64,000 nt of DNA from an uncultured Sphingomonas sp. GTDB lineage: Bacteria > Pseudomonadota > Alphaproteobacteria > Sphingomonadales > Sphingomonadaceae. Positions 29,716-40,812 of this stretch are shown here, piece after piece. Under the pieces are notes generated by a model. It was not told where the DNA came from. It saw only the letters and a list, made by a program, of their open reading frames with translations, and searched no databases. The stretch covers positions 136,438 through 200,437 of the forward strand of contig NZ_CAJXWX010000003.1 in the NCBI RefSeq assembly GCF_913062585.1, in the 5' to 3' direction. Position 1 is the stretch's first letter, and every line of letters begins with the position of its first letter. The position numbers and the translations under genes are program-made.

Positions 29716-30321
29716 ATGACCGATTTCATCCTCAACCTGATCGCCTGGGGCGGCTATTTCGGCATCTTCCTGCTGATGGCGCTGGAGAATATCGTACCCC
29801 CCATCCCGTCGGAGGTCATCATGGGCCTGGGCGGCATGGCGGTGGCGCGCGGGCAGATGGAGATGATCCCGCTGATCCTGTGGGGCACGGCGGGGACGAC
29901 GGCGGGCAATTACGCCTGGTACGCGGTCGGTCGCTATATCGGTTACGAGCGTTTCCGGCCCTTTATCGACCGCCATGGCCGCTGGCTGACCATGGAGTGG
30001 CGCGATGTCGAGCGGCTACACCTGTTCTTCGTCCGGCATGGCGGCTGGGTCGTGTTCGTCTTCCGCTTCATGCCCGCCTTTCGCACGTTGATCTCGCTGC
30101 CCGCCGGGATCACACGGATGCCGCTCGCCAAGTTCCTGATCTGGACCTTTGCGGGCAGCACGATCTGGAACACCATCCTGGCCTATGCAGGGCTATGGCT
30201 GGGATCGAATTTCGAAGCGATCAACCGCTATATCGGCCCCGCCGCCATCGCGATGACGGTGGTGATGGTCGGCGGCTATCTCTGGCGCGTCCTCACCTGG
30301 AAGCCGCACGGCAAAGGATGA
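29716..30321 (+). CDS. DedA family membrane protein
   Basis: LENIVPPIPSEVI, G..AGN...Y..GR, RFMPAFRTLISLPAG. Confidence 0.9.
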   Translation: MTDFILNLIAWGGYFGIFLLMALENIVPPIPSEVIMGLGGMAVARGQMEMIPLILWGTAGTTAGNYAWYAVGRYIGYERFRPFIDRHGRWLTMEWRDVERLHLFFVRHGGWVVFVFRFMPAFRTLISLPAGITRMPLAKFLIWTFAGSTIWNTILAYAGLWLGSNFEAINRYIGPAAIAMTVVMVGGYLWRVLTWKPHGKG

Positions 30322-31200
30322 TCAGGCGCGCGGATGCGCCGTGCGATAGATGTCGAGCAGATGGGCCGCATCGACCGCCGTATAGATTTGCGTCGAGCTG
30401 AGGCTGGCATGGCCCAGCAGTTCCTGGAGCTGCCGCAGATCGGCTCCGCGTCCCAGCAAATGGGTGGCGAAGCTGTGACGCAGCGCATGGGGTGTCGTCC
30501 GCGCGCCCAGGCCCAGCCGGTCCCGCGCACCCTGCACCGCCCGGCGGATGATAGCGGGGGATAGCGGCCCACCCTTGGCGCCCCGGAACAAGGGCTCGTT
30601 CGGGAGCAGCGGATAGGGACATTGCGCCGCATAGGCCTCGATCGCGGTCCGCAGTTCGGGGAGCAGCGGCACGATCCGCGTCTTGGCGCGCTTGCCCGTG
30701 ACCCGGATCGTCTCGCCCAGCGGCAGGATGTCGGCGGTCAGCGCCATGGCCTCGCCGATGCGCAGACCCGCACCGTAGAGCAGCAGCAACACCGCCCAGT
30801 CGCGCGCCGCGATCCAGAGCTCGGCGGCATTCTCGCCGATATCCTCGCCCAGCGCCATGATGTCGGCGGGCGACTGCGGACGCGGCAGGCTGCGCTTGCG
30901 ACGCGGGCCTTTCAGGGCGGGCGGCTCGATCCCCGCCCAGTGCAGGAAGGTGCGCACCGCCGACAATTCCCGCGCGGTCGAAGCGGCGGTCAGCCCCTCC
31001 CCCCGACGCCGCGCCAGATAGGCGCGCAGGTCGGCGGCGGTGATCCGGGCGAGGCTGGCGGCGTCGATCGCTTCCGCCCAATGCTCGGTGAGGAATCCGC
31101 ATAACCGCTCGGCCGTGGCGACATAGGCGCGGACCGTGTGGTCGGATCGCCGCAGGTCGACGGTCAGGTGACGGTAATAGTCGGCGATCTGCGCGGTCAT
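30322..31200 (-). CDS. xerC: tyrosine recombinase XerC
   Basis: LYGAGLRIGE, GKRAK.R.VP, TPHALRHSFATHLL, LGHASLSSTQIYT. Confidence 0.8.
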   Translation of the reverse strand: MTAQIADYYRHLTVDLRRSDHTVRAYVATAERLCGFLTEHWAEAIDAASLARITAADLRAYLARRRGEGLTAASTARELSAVRTFLHWAGIEPPALKGPRRKRSLPRPQSPADIMALGEDIGENAAELWIAARDWAVLLLLYGAGLRIGEAMALTADILPLGETIRVTGKRAKTRIVPLLPELRTAIEAYAAQCPYPLLPNEPLFRGAKGGPLSPAIIRRAVQGARDRLGLGARTTPHALRHSFATHLLGRGADLRQLQELLGHASLSSTQIYTAVDAAHLLDIYRTAHPRA

Positions 31201-31248
31201 GGAGCGGGTTTAGGGGAATATCCTATCCGGTTGAACCGTTTCTCCGCT

Positions 31249-31347
31249 TCGTTCAGCCTAAGCGACGTCGAGGGCCAAGGGATTCCTTTTCCAAAGGCAT
31301 GTGGCGAGGGCCGGAGCGTGGCCTTCGACTTCGCTCAGGCGGAACGG
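31249..31347. repeat. inverted pair of 28-bp REP-like units
   Basis: 31249-31276 and 31320-31347. Confidence 0.75.
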
Positions 31348-31403
31348 GGGTTTGAAATGATCCTCCCCTCCTCATTAGCCTCCGCGCACGCTTCTTGCCG
31401 CTC

Positions 31404-31507
31404 CTCTCCCGTAAACGGGAGAGGATGGGGGAGGGCACGGGGGTCTCACAGAGACCAGCCCCCGTGGCCTTGCCCCTCCCCAACCCCTCCCCCTGCCGGG
31501 AGAGGGG
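31404..31507. repeat. inverted pair of CTCTCCC/GGGAGAG palindromes
   Basis: CCTCTCCCGTAAACGGGAGAGG..GGGGAGGG and CCCTCCCC..CCCC..GGGAGAGGGG. Confidence 0.65.
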
Positions 31508-31573
31508 CTTCAAAAGAAAAAGGGGCGCTCCCTCGCGGAAACGCCCCCCTGTCTTCAATCCATCAGGACCGGA

Positions 31574-32221
31574 TCAGCGATCGAGCACCGCGTCGATCGC
31601 GGCACCGACCTCGTCCATGCCCGCCATGCCGTCGACGCGCGTCACGATGCCGCGCGCTTCATAGATCGGCAGGATCGGCGCGGTCTTGGCGCGATATTCG
31701 GCCATGCGGGTGCGTACCGTCTCGGCATTATCGTCGGGACGGCGCTTGAACTCGGTCGAGCCGCACACGTCGCACACGCCCTCGACCTGGGTCGGCTTGA
31801 ACCGGTCGTGATAACCCGTGCCGCACGACGCGCAGGTGAAGCGGCCCGTGATCCGCTCGACCAGCGCATCCTCGTCGACGCCCAGCTCGATCACATGGTC
31901 GAGCGCCTTGCCGCGTTCTGCCAGCAACACGTCCAGCGCCTCCGCCTGGGCGGCGGTGCGGGGATAGCCGTCAAAGATCGCGCCGCCTTCCGCTTCCGCC
32001 TGGTCCAGCCGTTCGCCGATCAGCGCCGAGACGATCGCGTCGGACACCAGCTCACCCGCGTCCATCACCGCCTTGGCCTGGAGCCCGACGGGCGTACCCG
32101 CCTTGACCGCCGCGCGGAGCATGTCCCCGGTCGACAGCTGCACCATGCCGCGATTGGCCACCAGCCGCTGCGCCTGGGTCCCCTTGCCCGCGCCCGGCGG
32201 CCCCAGCAGGATGATGTTCAC
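31574..32221 (-). CDS. adk: adenylate kinase
   Basis: GPPGAGKGTQ, STGDMLR, DGYPRT, zinc LID CASC..CDVC; GTG start. Confidence 0.95.
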   Translation of the reverse strand: MNIILLGPPGAGKGTQAQRLVANRGMVQLSTGDMLRAAVKAGTPVGLQAKAVMDAGELVSDAIVSALIGERLDQAEAEGGAIFDGYPRTAAQAEALDVLLAERGKALDHVIELGVDEDALVERITGRFTCASCGTGYHDRFKPTQVEGVCDVCGSTEFKRRPDDNAETVRTRMAEYRAKTAPILPIYEARGIVTRVDGMAGMDEVGAAIDAVLDR

Positions 32222-32264
32222 GCCCACGTCTCTCTCCCCTCTTTCCCTTGGATCCGCCCCGCGA

Positions 32265-33611
32265 TCAGCGTAGGCGGCCACCCTTCAGCTTCGCCTTCTT
32301 GATCAGATCGCCATATTGATGCGCGAGCAAGTGGCTCTGGATCTGCGTCACCGTGTCCATCGTCACGTTCACGACGATGAGCAGGCTGGTGCCACCCAGA
32401 TAGAAGGGGATCTGCAACGCCGTCACCAGATATTCGGGCAGCAGGCAGATGATCGTCAGATAGGCCGCGCCGATGACCGTGATACGCGTCAGGACGTAAT
32501 CGAGATAGGTCTCGGTATTCTTGCCCGGACGGATGCCGGGGATGAAGCCGCCATAGCGCTTCAGATTGTCCGCCGTCTCTTCCGGATTGAACACCACCGC
32601 GGTGTAGAAGAACGAGAAGAAGATGATGCCCGCGCCGTAGAGCAGCATATAAACGGGCGAGCCGTGCTGCAGATACTGGTTCAGGCTGATGATCAGGTCG
32701 CCCCAGCGGCTTTCACCCGCGACGCGCTGCCCCGCGAACTGCGAGATGGTCAGCGGCATCAGCAGCAGCGAGGAGGCGAAGATCGGCGGGATCACCCCCG
32801 CGGTGTTGATCTTCAGCGGCAGGTGGCTGCGATCGGCCTGCATCCCGCGCTGCGTCGCGCGCTTGGGATATTGGATCAGGATGCGGCGCTGGGCGCGCTC
32901 CATGAAGCAGATGAACAGGACGAGGAACACGACGGCCAGGATGATGCCGATCAGGCGCACCGCGTCGATGCTGCCGCTGCGCCCGCCCTCGAGCAGGTTG
33001 AGCAGCGTGGTCGGCAGATGCGCGACGATACCGGCCATGATGATCAGCGACACGCCGTTGCCGATACCCCGGGTGGTGATCTGCTCGCCCAGCCACATCA
33101 GGAACATCGTGCCGCCGATCAGCGAGACGATGGCCGACATGATGAACACCGCACCGGGCTCGACGACCGCACCGCCCCCCTCGAAGCCCCGCGCCAGCGC
33201 ATAGCCCTGGATGGCGGTCAGCGCGACGGTGCCATAGCGGGTATACTGGTTGAGCTTCTTGCGGCCCGACTCGCCTTCCTTCTTGATCGCGGCGAGCTGC
33301 GGCATCAGCGAGGTCGCGAGCTGCACGACGATCGAAGCCGTGATGTACGGCATGACGCCCAGCGCGATCAACGACGCGCGGGACAGCGCACCGCCCGAGA
33401 AGGTGTTGAAGAAGTCGAGGACACCGCCCTGCGTGCGATTGGCCAGGCTGGTCAGGCCGACAGGGTCGATGCCCGGCAGCGGGACATAGCTGAGCAGGCG
33501 GAAGACGATCAGCGCGCCGATCGTGAACCACAGCCGCTTCTTGAGGTCGGTGGCCTTGGCGAATTTCGCCAGGCTGATGCTTTGCGCCATCTGGTCGGCT
33601 GCGGATGCCAT
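32265..33611 (-). CDS. secY: preprotein translocase SecY
   Basis: LGVMPYITASI, GIGNGVSLII, GFIPGIRPG, GGTSLLI. Confidence 0.97.
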   Translation of the reverse strand: MASAADQMAQSISLAKFAKATDLKKRLWFTIGALIVFRLLSYVPLPGIDPVGLTSLANRTQGGVLDFFNTFSGGALSRASLIALGVMPYITASIVVQLATSLMPQLAAIKKEGESGRKKLNQYTRYGTVALTAIQGYALARGFEGGGAVVEPGAVFIMSAIVSLIGGTMFLMWLGEQITTRGIGNGVSLIIMAGIVAHLPTTLLNLLEGGRSGSIDAVRLIGIILAVVFLVLFICFMERAQRRILIQYPKRATQRGMQADRSHLPLKINTAGVIPPIFASSLLLMPLTISQFAGQRVAGESRWGDLIISLNQYLQHGSPVYMLLYGAGIIFFSFFYTAVVFNPEETADNLKRYGGFIPGIRPGKNTETYLDYVLTRITVIGAAYLTIICLLPEYLVTALQIPFYLGGTSLLIVVNVTMDTVTQIQSHLLAHQYGDLIKKAKLKGGRLR

Positions 33612-33769
33612 AGCTGTTGCGTTATCCTGGAAACGAAAAACGGCGGGATGCGTTTTGAACCGCCCCGCCGCTCATATAGGCGCGAAGACGCGCTTGTCTA
33701 ACCCGGATGAAAAATCCGCCGCTGTCGCTGTGGCTTTTCACCAAGCAACAGCGACGGATCTTATCCGGT

Positions 33770-34300
33770 TCAGGCCTTGGCGGCGAGCTTCGCGGCGCGG
33801 GTCTGGCCCTTCTTCGCGGCAGCCTTTTCAGCGGCGGGCACGACGTGCGGCACGTCGACCGAACCACCGACCTTCTCGACGGCGGCGCGGGCCGAAGCCG
33901 ACACACCCTGCACGACGAACGACAGCTTGGCGGTCAGCTCGCCCTTGGCCAGCAGACGCACGCCGTCCTTGCCGCCACGCGCCAGGCCAGCGGCCTTCAG
34001 CGCGGCGTGGTCGATCGTGCCGTCGGTCTTCAGCTTGCCCGAATCGACCGCCTTCTGAATCGCGCCCAGGTTCACCTCGGCATAGTCCTTGGCGAAGATG
34101 TTGTTGAAGCCGCGCTTCGGCAGACGCATGTGGAGCGGCATCTGACCGCCCTCGAAGCCCGCGATGGACACGCCCTCACGGCTCTTCTGGCCCTTGACGC
34201 CGCGACCACCGGTCTTGCCCTTGCCCGAACCGATACCGCGACCAACGCGGATCTTGGACTTGCGGGCACCCTGGTTGTCGAAAAGTTCGTTCAGCTTCAT
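33770..34300 (-). CDS. rplO: 50S ribosomal protein L15
   Basis: [35 protein letters not shown]. Confidence 0.97.
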   Translation of the reverse strand: MKLNELFDNQGARKSKIRVGRGIGSGKGKTGGRGVKGQKSREGVSIAGFEGGQMPLHMRLPKRGFNNIFAKDYAEVNLGAIQKAVDSGKLKTDGTIDHAALKAAGLARGGKDGVRLLAKGELTAKLSFVVQGVSASARAAVEKVGGSVDVPHVVPAAEKAAAKKGQTRAAKLAAKA

Positions 34301-34449
34301 GATTTGCACTCGCTTTCGCTTGTTTCGCGCATGGCCGTCACTCGGGAAGAATCACGACCGCTGGATAAAAGGAAGGGGGCCGCATAGCCCCCTTCCCCGT
34401 GTTTGTCACTGTTCAATGTGACGGATGTGAGACTGTCTTACGACAGGGC

Positions 34450-34626
34450 TCAGTCCACCACCTGAACCATGTGCTGCACCTTGCGGATCATGCCGCGGAC
34501 TTCAGGGCTGTCCTGAAGCTCGGAGACCTTGTGCATCTTGTTCAGGCCCAGGCCGACGAGGGTCGCGCGCTGGTCCTTGGTGCGGCGGATCGGCGAACCG
34601 GTCTGCTTGATCTTGATGGTAGCCAT
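34450..34626 (-). CDS. rpmD: 50S ribosomal protein L30 (not in ORF track)
   Basis: Manual translation [30 protein letters not shown]...[15 protein letters not shown]. Confidence 0.95.
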   Translation of the reverse strand: MATIKIKQTGSPIRRTKDQRATLVGLGLNKMHKVSELQDSPEVRGMIRKVQHMVQVVD

Positions 34627-34632
34627 GGTCGC

Positions 34633-35352
34633 TTACTCCACGACGGCCGCGGCTTCCGCCTCGGCAGTCTGCTGGGTGGCACCGTGACCGCGACCCAGCA
34701 GGTCGGCGATCTTCTTGCCACGACGCTGCGCCACCGCCTTCGGCGAAGTCTGGTCGCCCAGCGCTTCGAAAGTGGCACGGATCATGTTGTACGGGTTCGA
34801 CGTACCGACCGACTTCGTCACCACGTCGGCGACGCCGAGCGATTCGAAGATGGCGCGCATCGGACCACCGGCGATGATGCCGGTCCCCTGCGGGGCCGAA
34901 CGCAGCGTCACGCGACCCGCACCGAAATGGCCGTTGCCATCATGATGCAGCGTGCGACCGTCCTTCAGCGGAACGCGGACCATCGCCTTCTTGGCGGCAG
35001 CCGTCGCCTTCGAGATGGCTTCCGGCACTTCGCGCGCCTTGCCATGACCGAAGCCCGCACGTCCCTTGCCGTCGCCGACCACGACGAGCGCGGCGAAGCC
35101 GAAACGCTTACCACCCTTCACGGTCTTCGAGACGCGGTTGATGTGGACGAGCTTTTCGATCAGCTCTTCGCCCTGCTCCTCGGGGTTACCGCGACGGTCG
35201 TCGCGACGACCACGGTTGCCGTCACGGCCACCACGGCCGCGGTCACCGCCGCCCGGACCACGGCCACGGCCGCCCCGGGGACCACGACCCTGGGTCGCGT
35301 CCTGCGCGGCGCCTTCGGCACCGGCAACGGCCACGTTGTTCTCGTCAGCCAT
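34633..35352 (-). CDS. rpsE: 30S ribosomal protein S5
   Basis: [22 protein letters not shown]; G/R-rich N-terminal extension. Confidence 0.97.
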   Translation of the reverse strand: MADENNVAVAGAEGAAQDATQGRGPRGGRGRGPGGGDRGRGGRDGNRGRRDDRRGNPEEQGEELIEKLVHINRVSKTVKGGKRFGFAALVVVGDGKGRAGFGHGKAREVPEAISKATAAAKKAMVRVPLKDGRTLHHDGNGHFGAGRVTLRSAPQGTGIIAGGPMRAIFESLGVADVVTKSVGTSNPYNMIRATFEALGDQTSPKAVAQRRGKKIADLLGRGHGATQQTAEAEAAAVVE

Positions 35353-35353
35353 A

Positions 35354-35710
35354 TTAGAACTCCAATCCCGCTTCGCGTGCCGCCTCGGCCAGCGCCTTGA
35401 CGCGACCGTGGAACAGGAAGCCGCCACGGTCGAAAACGACCTGCGTGACGCCGGCGGCCTTGGCCTTCTCGGCCACGCGCTTGCCGACTTCGCTCGCCGC
35501 TGCGACGTTCGCGCCCGACTGGCCGCGTGCGTCCTTTTCCAGCGTCGAGGCCGAAGCCACGGTACGACCTGCCTCGTCGTCGATCACTTGGGCATAGATG
35601 TGCTTGCCCGAGCGATGCACCGACAGGCGCGGACGGGTGCCGGCCCGCGCACGCAGCGCGGTACGGTTGCGCCGACGGCGCTTCTCGAAAAGAGAGAGAC
35701 CCTTGGTCAT
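35354..35710 (-). CDS. rplR: 50S ribosomal protein L18
   Basis: [21 protein letters not shown]. Confidence 0.97.
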   Translation of the reverse strand: MTKGLSLFEKRRRRNRTALRARAGTRPRLSVHRSGKHIYAQVIDDEAGRTVASASTLEKDARGQSGANVAAASEVGKRVAEKAKAAGVTQVVFDRGGFLFHGRVKALAEAAREAGLEF

Positions 35711-36243
35711 TACTTCTTCTTCCCTTCCTTGCGGAAGATGAACTCGCCGTCGTACTTGATGCCCTTGCCCTTATACGGCTCGGGCTTGCGCCAGCGGCGG
35801 ATCTCGGCGGCCAGCTGGCCGACCTTCTGCTTGTCCGCACCGCTGATTTCGACGGTGGTGGCGTCCGGCGTCTTCACCTCGAGGCCTTCCGGCACGTCGA
35901 TGTTGACGTCGTGGCTGTAGCCAAGCTGCAGCTTCAGGGTCTTGCCCTGCGCGGCGGCGCGGTAGCCGACGCCGGTGATGACCAGCTTCTTCGAGAAGCC
36001 TGCGGTCACGCCAGTGACGAGGTTCTGCACCATGGTGCGCTGCATGCCCCAGAAGGCGCGAGCGCGCTTCGTGGCGTTGGCAGGCTGCACGGCGATGGCG
36101 TCCGCCTGGACGTCATAGCTGATCTCGTCGGCGAGCGGCATGGAAAGGGTGCCCTTGGGCCCCTTCACGCTCAGCACCTTGTCGGCGATGGTCGCGGTGA
36201 CGCCGGCCGGAACCGGGACCGCCTTCTTACCGATGCGGCTCAT
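35710..36243 (-). CDS. rplF: 50S ribosomal protein L6
   Basis: [17 protein letters not shown]. Confidence 0.97.
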   Translation of the reverse strand: MSRIGKKAVPVPAGVTATIADKVLSVKGPKGTLSMPLADEISYDVQADAIAVQPANATKRARAFWGMQRTMVQNLVTGVTAGFSKKLVITGVGYRAAAQGKTLKLQLGYSHDVNIDVPEGLEVKTPDATTVEISGADKQKVGQLAAEIRRWRKPEPYKGKGIKYDGEFIFRKEGKKK

Positions 36244-36638
36244 CAGAACACCTCCGCCAGGACTTCGCCACCGACATTCTGCTCGCGCGCTTCGGCGTCC
36301 GACAGAACGCCACGCGGCGTCGACACGATGGTGATGCCCAGGCCGTTGCGAACGCGCGGCAGGTCCTGCGCGCCCGAATAGATACGGCGGCCAGGCTTCG
36401 AGATGCGCGCGACATGCTTGATCGCGGGCTGGCCCTCGAAATACTTCAGCTCGATGCGGATGCCGGCCGCGGGGCCCATCTGCTCTTCGCTGTAGCCACG
36501 GATATAGCCCTCGCGCTGAAGCACGTCGAGCACGCGGGCGCGCAGCTTCGACGCAGGCGTCAGGACGGAGTCCTTGCGCGCGCGCTGGCCGTTGCGGATG
36601 CGGGTGAGCAAGTCACCCAGGGGATCGGTCACTGCCAT
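36243..36638 (-). CDS. rpsH: 30S ribosomal protein S8
   Basis: [26 protein letters not shown]. Confidence 0.97.
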   Translation of the reverse strand: MAVTDPLGDLLTRIRNGQRARKDSVLTPASKLRARVLDVLQREGYIRGYSEEQMGPAAGIRIELKYFEGQPAIKHVARISKPGRRIYSGAQDLPRVRNGLGITIVSTPRGVLSDAEAREQNVGGEVLAEVF

Positions 36639-36650
36639 CTCAAATGGTCC

Positions 36651-36956
36651 TTACCAGCTCGACTTGGTGACGCCGGGGATCTGGCCCTTGTTGGCCAGTT
36701 CACGCAGCATGACGCGAGCGAGACGGAACTTGCGGTAATACGCACGCGGACGACCGGTGATCTCGCAACGGTTGCGGATACGGGTCGGGTTGCCGTTACG
36801 GGGAATCTCGGCCATCTTCAGGCGCGCGATCAGACGCTCGGTCTCATCGAGGCTCTGGTCGTTCGCGATCGCCTTCAGCTTCGCGTACTTGCCCGCATAC
36901 TTCTTGACGAGAGCGCGACGCTTCTCGTTCTTATTGATTGAACTCAGTTTCGCCAT
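36651..36956 (-). CDS. rpsN: 30S ribosomal protein S14
   Basis: [17 protein letters not shown]; 101-aa zinc-free type. Confidence 0.97.
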   Translation of the reverse strand: MAKLSSINKNEKRRALVKKYAGKYAKLKAIANDQSLDETERLIARLKMAEIPRNGNPTRIRNRCEITGRPRAYYRKFRLARVMLRELANKGQIPGVTKSSW

Positions 36957-37013
36957 GGACTTAAGCTCTTTCTGTAAGGACCCCCTCCCCGGCGTGGAGA
37001 GGGGGCAGTCCGG

Positions 37014-37595
37014 TTACGCTGCCTTCTTCTCGTCGGCAGCGTCTTCCTTGGGGAACGGGAAGCCGAACAGACGGAGCAGCTCGCGCGCTTCGTCGTCGGT
37101 CTTCGCCGAGGTGGTCACGATCACATCCATGCCGCGCACCTTGTCGATGCGGTCATAGTTGATTTCGGGGAAGATGATCTGTTCCTTGATGCCGCAGGCA
37201 TAGTTGCCGCGACCGTCGAAGGACTTCGGATTCAGGCCGCGGAAGTCGCGAACGCGCGGCAGCGCGATCGTGATGAAGCGGTCCAGAAATTCGTACATGC
37301 GCTCGCGACGCAGCGTGACCTTCACACCGATCGGCATGCCTTCACGCAGCTTGAACTGCGCGATCGACTTCTTCGCCTTGGTGATGACGGGCTTCTGACC
37401 CGCGATCAGCTCCATCTCGGAGGCGGCCTGGTCGACGCGCTTCTTGTCCTGCGTCGCTTCGCCCACGCCCATGTTGAGCACGATCTTCTCGATCCGGGGG
37501 ATCTCGTTGACGTTCTTGTAACCGAACTTGTCGGTCATCGCCTTGATGATGCTATCCTCGTAGATAGCCTTCATGCGGGGCTTGTAATCAGCCAT
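37014..37595 (-). CDS. rplE: 50S ribosomal protein L5
   Basis: [28 protein letters not shown]. Confidence 0.97.
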   Translation of the reverse strand: MADYKPRMKAIYEDSIIKAMTDKFGYKNVNEIPRIEKIVLNMGVGEATQDKKRVDQAASEMELIAGQKPVITKAKKSIAQFKLREGMPIGVKVTLRRERMYEFLDRFITIALPRVRDFRGLNPKSFDGRGNYACGIKEQIIFPEINYDRIDKVRGMDVIVTTSAKTDDEARELLRLFGFPFPKEDAADEKKAA

Positions 37596-37905
37596 CGATC
37601 TTCTCCCCGGTCTTGACGGCCACGCGGACCTTCTTGCCATCCTGCGTCTCGAAACGGACGCGGGTGGGCTTGCCGTCGGCGGTCACGTGCGCGACCTTCG
37701 AGACGTGCAGCGGCGCAGCCGTGCGCTCCAGGCCACCCTGCGGGTTCGCCTGGGTCGGCTTGCGGTGGCGGGTCGCGATGTTGATGCCATCGACGACGAC
37801 CTTGCCGTCCTTGGGCATCGACACCGACACGGTGCCGGTCTTGCCCTTGTCCTTGCCGGACAGGACGATGACGCGATCGCCCTTCTTGATCTTGGCGGCG
37901 GCCAT
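37588..37905 (-). CDS. rplX: 50S ribosomal protein L24
   Basis: [23 protein letters not shown]. Confidence 0.97.
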   Translation of the reverse strand: MAAAKIKKGDRVIVLSGKDKGKTGTVSVSMPKDGKVVVDGINIATRHRKPTQANPQGGLERTAAPLHVSKVAHVTADGKPTRVRFETQDGKKVRVAVKTGEKIDG

Positions 37906-38273
37906 TACAGCACCTCCGGAGCCAGCGAGATGATCTTCATGTGCTTCTTGCCGCGAAGCTCACGCACGACCGGGCCAAAGATACGGGTGCCGATCGGCTC
38001 CTCGTTCTTGTTGACCAGCACGGCGGCGTTACCGTCGAAACGGATCACCGAACCGTCGGCGCGACGGATGTCCTTGGCGGTACGCACGATCACCGCGCGG
38101 TGAACGTCGCCCTTCTTCACGCGGCCACGCGGCTGCGCTTCCTTGACGCTGACGACGATGATGTCGCCGACCGATGCGGTACGGCGCTTCGAGCCGCCCA
38201 GCACCTTGATGCACTGCACCCGCTTCGCGCCGCTGTTGTCCGCGACGTCGAGATTGGACTGCATCTGGATCAT
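37905..38273 (-). CDS. rplN: 50S ribosomal protein L14
   Basis: [20 protein letters not shown]. Confidence 0.97.
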   Translation of the reverse strand: MIQMQSNLDVADNSGAKRVQCIKVLGGSKRRTASVGDIIVVSVKEAQPRGRVKKGDVHRAVIVRTAKDIRRADGSVIRFDGNAAVLVNKNEEPIGTRIFGPVVRELRGKKHMKIISLAPEVL

Positions 38274-38508
38274 GGATCCGCTTCCTTCTCTCTTCTGGGG
38301 AGGATACCGACCCTACCCCGCCTTAAAAAACGACCCCCGGCGCAGGGTGACCCGCGCCAGGGGGAGAGGCCCCTTAGCCACTCCTGGTCCGAAAGGCAAG
38401 CGAGTCGCTTCGCCCTTCGACCAATCCGCTCATCACCCCCGAAAGGGCGGCTTTCACTCCGAACCCCGCCCCTCCTTGCCGGAGAAGCGGGGTCCGAAAT
38501 CAAAGACT

Positions 38509-38781
38509 TCAGCCCTCGGCCGAGGCCCGTTCCGGCGTCAAGTGGGTATCGACCCGCTCGACGACCTTCCAGGTCTTCAGCTTCGAGATCGGGGCGGTCT
38601 CTTCGATCCGCACCGTCTCACCGGCCTTGTACTCGTTCGCCTCGTCATGGGCGTGGTACTTCTTCGACCGACGGATGATCTTGCCGTAGAGGGGGTGCTT
38701 AACCTTCCGCTCCACATTGACGACGACCGTCTTGTCGGTCTTGTCCGAGACAATCACCCCGGTCAGCACGCGCTTCGGCAT
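38509..38781 (-). CDS. rpsQ: 30S ribosomal protein S17
   Basis: DKTVVV, HPLYGK, KKYHAHD. Confidence 0.97.
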   Translation of the reverse strand: MPKRVLTGVIVSDKTDKTVVVNVERKVKHPLYGKIIRRSKKYHAHDEANEYKAGETVRIEETAPISKLKTWKVVERVDTHLTPERASAEG

Positions 38782-38793
38782 GTGTCTCGGTCC

Positions 38794-38994
38794 TTACTTG
38801 GCAGCCGCAGCGGAGCGCTGCGCCTGGATGGTCTTGATCCGCGCGATGTCGCGACGGACTTCCTTGACCCGGCTGGGCTTTTCGAGTTGGCTCGTGGCCG
38901 CCTGGAAGCGCAGGTTGAACTGCTCACGCTTCAGGTTGCCCAGCGCCTCGACGAGCTGGTCGTCGCTCTGGCCGGTATATTCAGTCTTGGCCAT
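38794..38994 (-). CDS. rpmC: 50S ribosomal protein L29
   Basis: [17 protein letters not shown]. Confidence 0.96.
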   Translation of the reverse strand: MAKTEYTGQSDDQLVEALGNLKREQFNLRFQAATSQLEKPSRVKEVRRDIARIKTIQAQRSAAAAK

Positions 38995-39428
38995 TACTCG
39001 CCTCCGAGGTGCGAGGTGTCGCCCAGGCGGGCAACGACCTTGGTCTTGATGGGCAGCTTCATCGCGGCGCGCTCGAATGCTTCGGCGGCCAGCGGGCCGT
39101 CGACACCGTCGAGCTCGAACAGGATGCGACCCGGCTTCACGCGGGCGGCCCAGAATTCCGGCGAACCCTTACCCGAGCCCATGCGGACTTCGGCAGGCTT
39201 CGACGAGACGGGCACGTCCGGGAAGATGCGGATCCAGAGACGCCCCTGGCGCTTGATGTGACGCGTGATCGCGCGGCGAGCCGCCTCGATCTGGCGAGCG
39301 GTGATGCGCTCCGGCTCCATGGCCTTCAGGCCATAGGAACCGAAATTCAGGCTCGTGCCGCCCTTCGCATCGCCGTGGATGCGGCCCTTGAAGGCCTTGC
39401 GGAACTTGGTGCGCTTTGGTTGCAGCAT
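38994..39428 (-). CDS. rplP: 50S ribosomal protein L16
   Basis: [18 protein letters not shown]. Confidence 0.97.
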   Translation of the reverse strand: MLQPKRTKFRKAFKGRIHGDAKGGTSLNFGSYGLKAMEPERITARQIEAARRAITRHIKRQGRLWIRIFPDVPVSSKPAEVRMGSGKGSPEFWAARVKPGRILFELDGVDGPLAAEAFERAAMKLPIKTKVVARLGDTSHLGGE

Positions 39429-39440
39429 GTTCTTTGATCC

Positions 39441-40151
39441 TTAGCGGCGATGATCGTCGCGCGCCGGGCGCACGCCGGAGGTCTGAGCCTCCATCATCAG
39501 CCGGTCCTGCGCCATGGGATCATGACCCAGGATCTCGCCCTTGAAGATCCACACCTTCACGCCGCACACGCCATAAGCGGTGTGTGCCTGCGCTTCGGCA
39601 TAGTCGACGTTCGCACGCAGCGTGTGCAGCGGAACGCGGCCTTCACGATACCATTCGGTCCGCGCGATTTCCGCGCCGCCCAGACGGCCGCCGCAGGTGA
39701 TACGGATGCCTTCGGCGCCCAGACGGAGCGCGGACTGCACCGCACGCTTCATGGCGCGGCGGAACGCGATACGGCGCTCCAACTGGTCGGCCACGCCCTG
39801 TGCAACGAGCTTGGCGTCGATCTCGGGCTTGCGGATTTCGACGATGTTCAGCGACACGTCGGACGAGGTCATCGAACCCAGCTTCTTGCGAAGCTTTTCG
39901 ATGTCGGCGCCCTTCTTGCCGATGATCACGCCCGGACGCGCCGCGAAGATCGAGATGCGGCACAGCTTGGCCGGACGCTCGATGACGACCTTCGAGATCG
40001 CGGCCTGGGGCAGCGTCTTCATGATGAACTGGCGGATCTTCAGATCCTCCAGCAGCAGGCGGCCATAGTCATGGCCTTCGGCGAACCAGCGGCTGTCCCA
40101 GGTACGGTTGATCTGGAGACGCAGGCCGATCGGATTGCTCTTCTGACCCAT
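39441..40151 (-). CDS. rpsC: 30S ribosomal protein S3
   Basis: [31 protein letters not shown]. Confidence 0.97.
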   Translation of the reverse strand: MGQKSNPIGLRLQINRTWDSRWFAEGHDYGRLLLEDLKIRQFIMKTLPQAAISKVVIERPAKLCRISIFAARPGVIIGKKGADIEKLRKKLGSMTSSDVSLNIVEIRKPEIDAKLVAQGVADQLERRIAFRRAMKRAVQSALRLGAEGIRITCGGRLGGAEIARTEWYREGRVPLHTLRANVDYAEAQAHTAYGVCGVKVWIFKGEILGHDPMAQDRLMMEAQTSGVRPARDDHRR

Positions 40152-40528
40152 TATGCTTCTTCCTGCTCGCGGACGACGATGCGGAGCCGCGAAAACGGCT
40201 TCAGGATGCGGGTGGACTTGCCACGACCGCGCGTCGCGAAACGCTTCATGGTGATCGACTTGCCGACCGACGCCTCGGCGACGACGAGCGAGTCGACGTC
40301 GAGGTTGTGGTTGTTCTCGGCATTGGCGATCGCGGAGGCCAGGATCTTGCGCGCGTCGACAGCCATCGCCTTCGTCGAGAAGGCCAGGATGTTCATCGCG
40401 TCGCCGACCTTCTTGCCGCGGATCAGGGCCGCGACCAGGTTCAGCTTCTGCGCCGAACCACGGATCTGCGTGCCGACCGACAGCGCTTCCTTGTCACCGA
40501 CCTTGCGGGGGGATGCGGGCTTCGACAT
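40151..40528 (-). CDS. rplV: 50S ribosomal protein L22
   Basis: [16 protein letters not shown]. Confidence 0.96.
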   Translation of the reverse strand: MSKPASPRKVGDKEALSVGTQIRGSAQKLNLVAALIRGKKVGDAMNILAFSTKAMAVDARKILASAIANAENNHNLDVDSLVVAEASVGKSITMKRFATRGRGKSTRILKPFSRLRIVVREQEEA

Positions 40529-40806
40529 CAGCGCTTACCCTTCTTGTCGGCAGCGTGGCCGGGGAAGTAGCGCGTGGGCGCGAATTCACCGAGCTTCATG
40601 CCGACCATGTCCTCGTTCACCGAGACGGGAACGAACTTGCGACCATTGTAGACGTTGAAGGTCAGGCCGACGAACGACGGCAGGATGGTCGAGCGACGCG
40701 ACCAGGTCTTGATCGGACCTGCGCGGTTGCCAGCATCCTGAGCCACTTCGGCCTTCTTCAGGAGATGGAGGTCCACGAAAGGACCCTTCCAAACGGAACG
40801 AGCCAT
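40528..40806 (-). CDS. rpsS: 30S ribosomal protein S19
   Basis: [24 protein letters not shown]. Confidence 0.97.
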   Translation of the reverse strand: MARSVWKGPFVDLHLLKKAEVAQDAGNRAGPIKTWSRRSTILPSFVGLTFNVYNGRKFVPVSVNEDMVGMKLGEFAPTRYFPGHAADKKGKR

Positions 40807-40812
40807 TGCGTG

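Noticed and set aside
30322-31200. Tyrosine recombinase as the island integrase
   Set aside because: Short 292-aa XerC-type sequence with host codon usage, 18 kb from the island and among housekeeping genes
36651-36956. Zinc-free S14 as a zinc-starvation paralogue
   Set aside because: It is the in-operon copy, and the 101-aa form is normal for Proteobacteria
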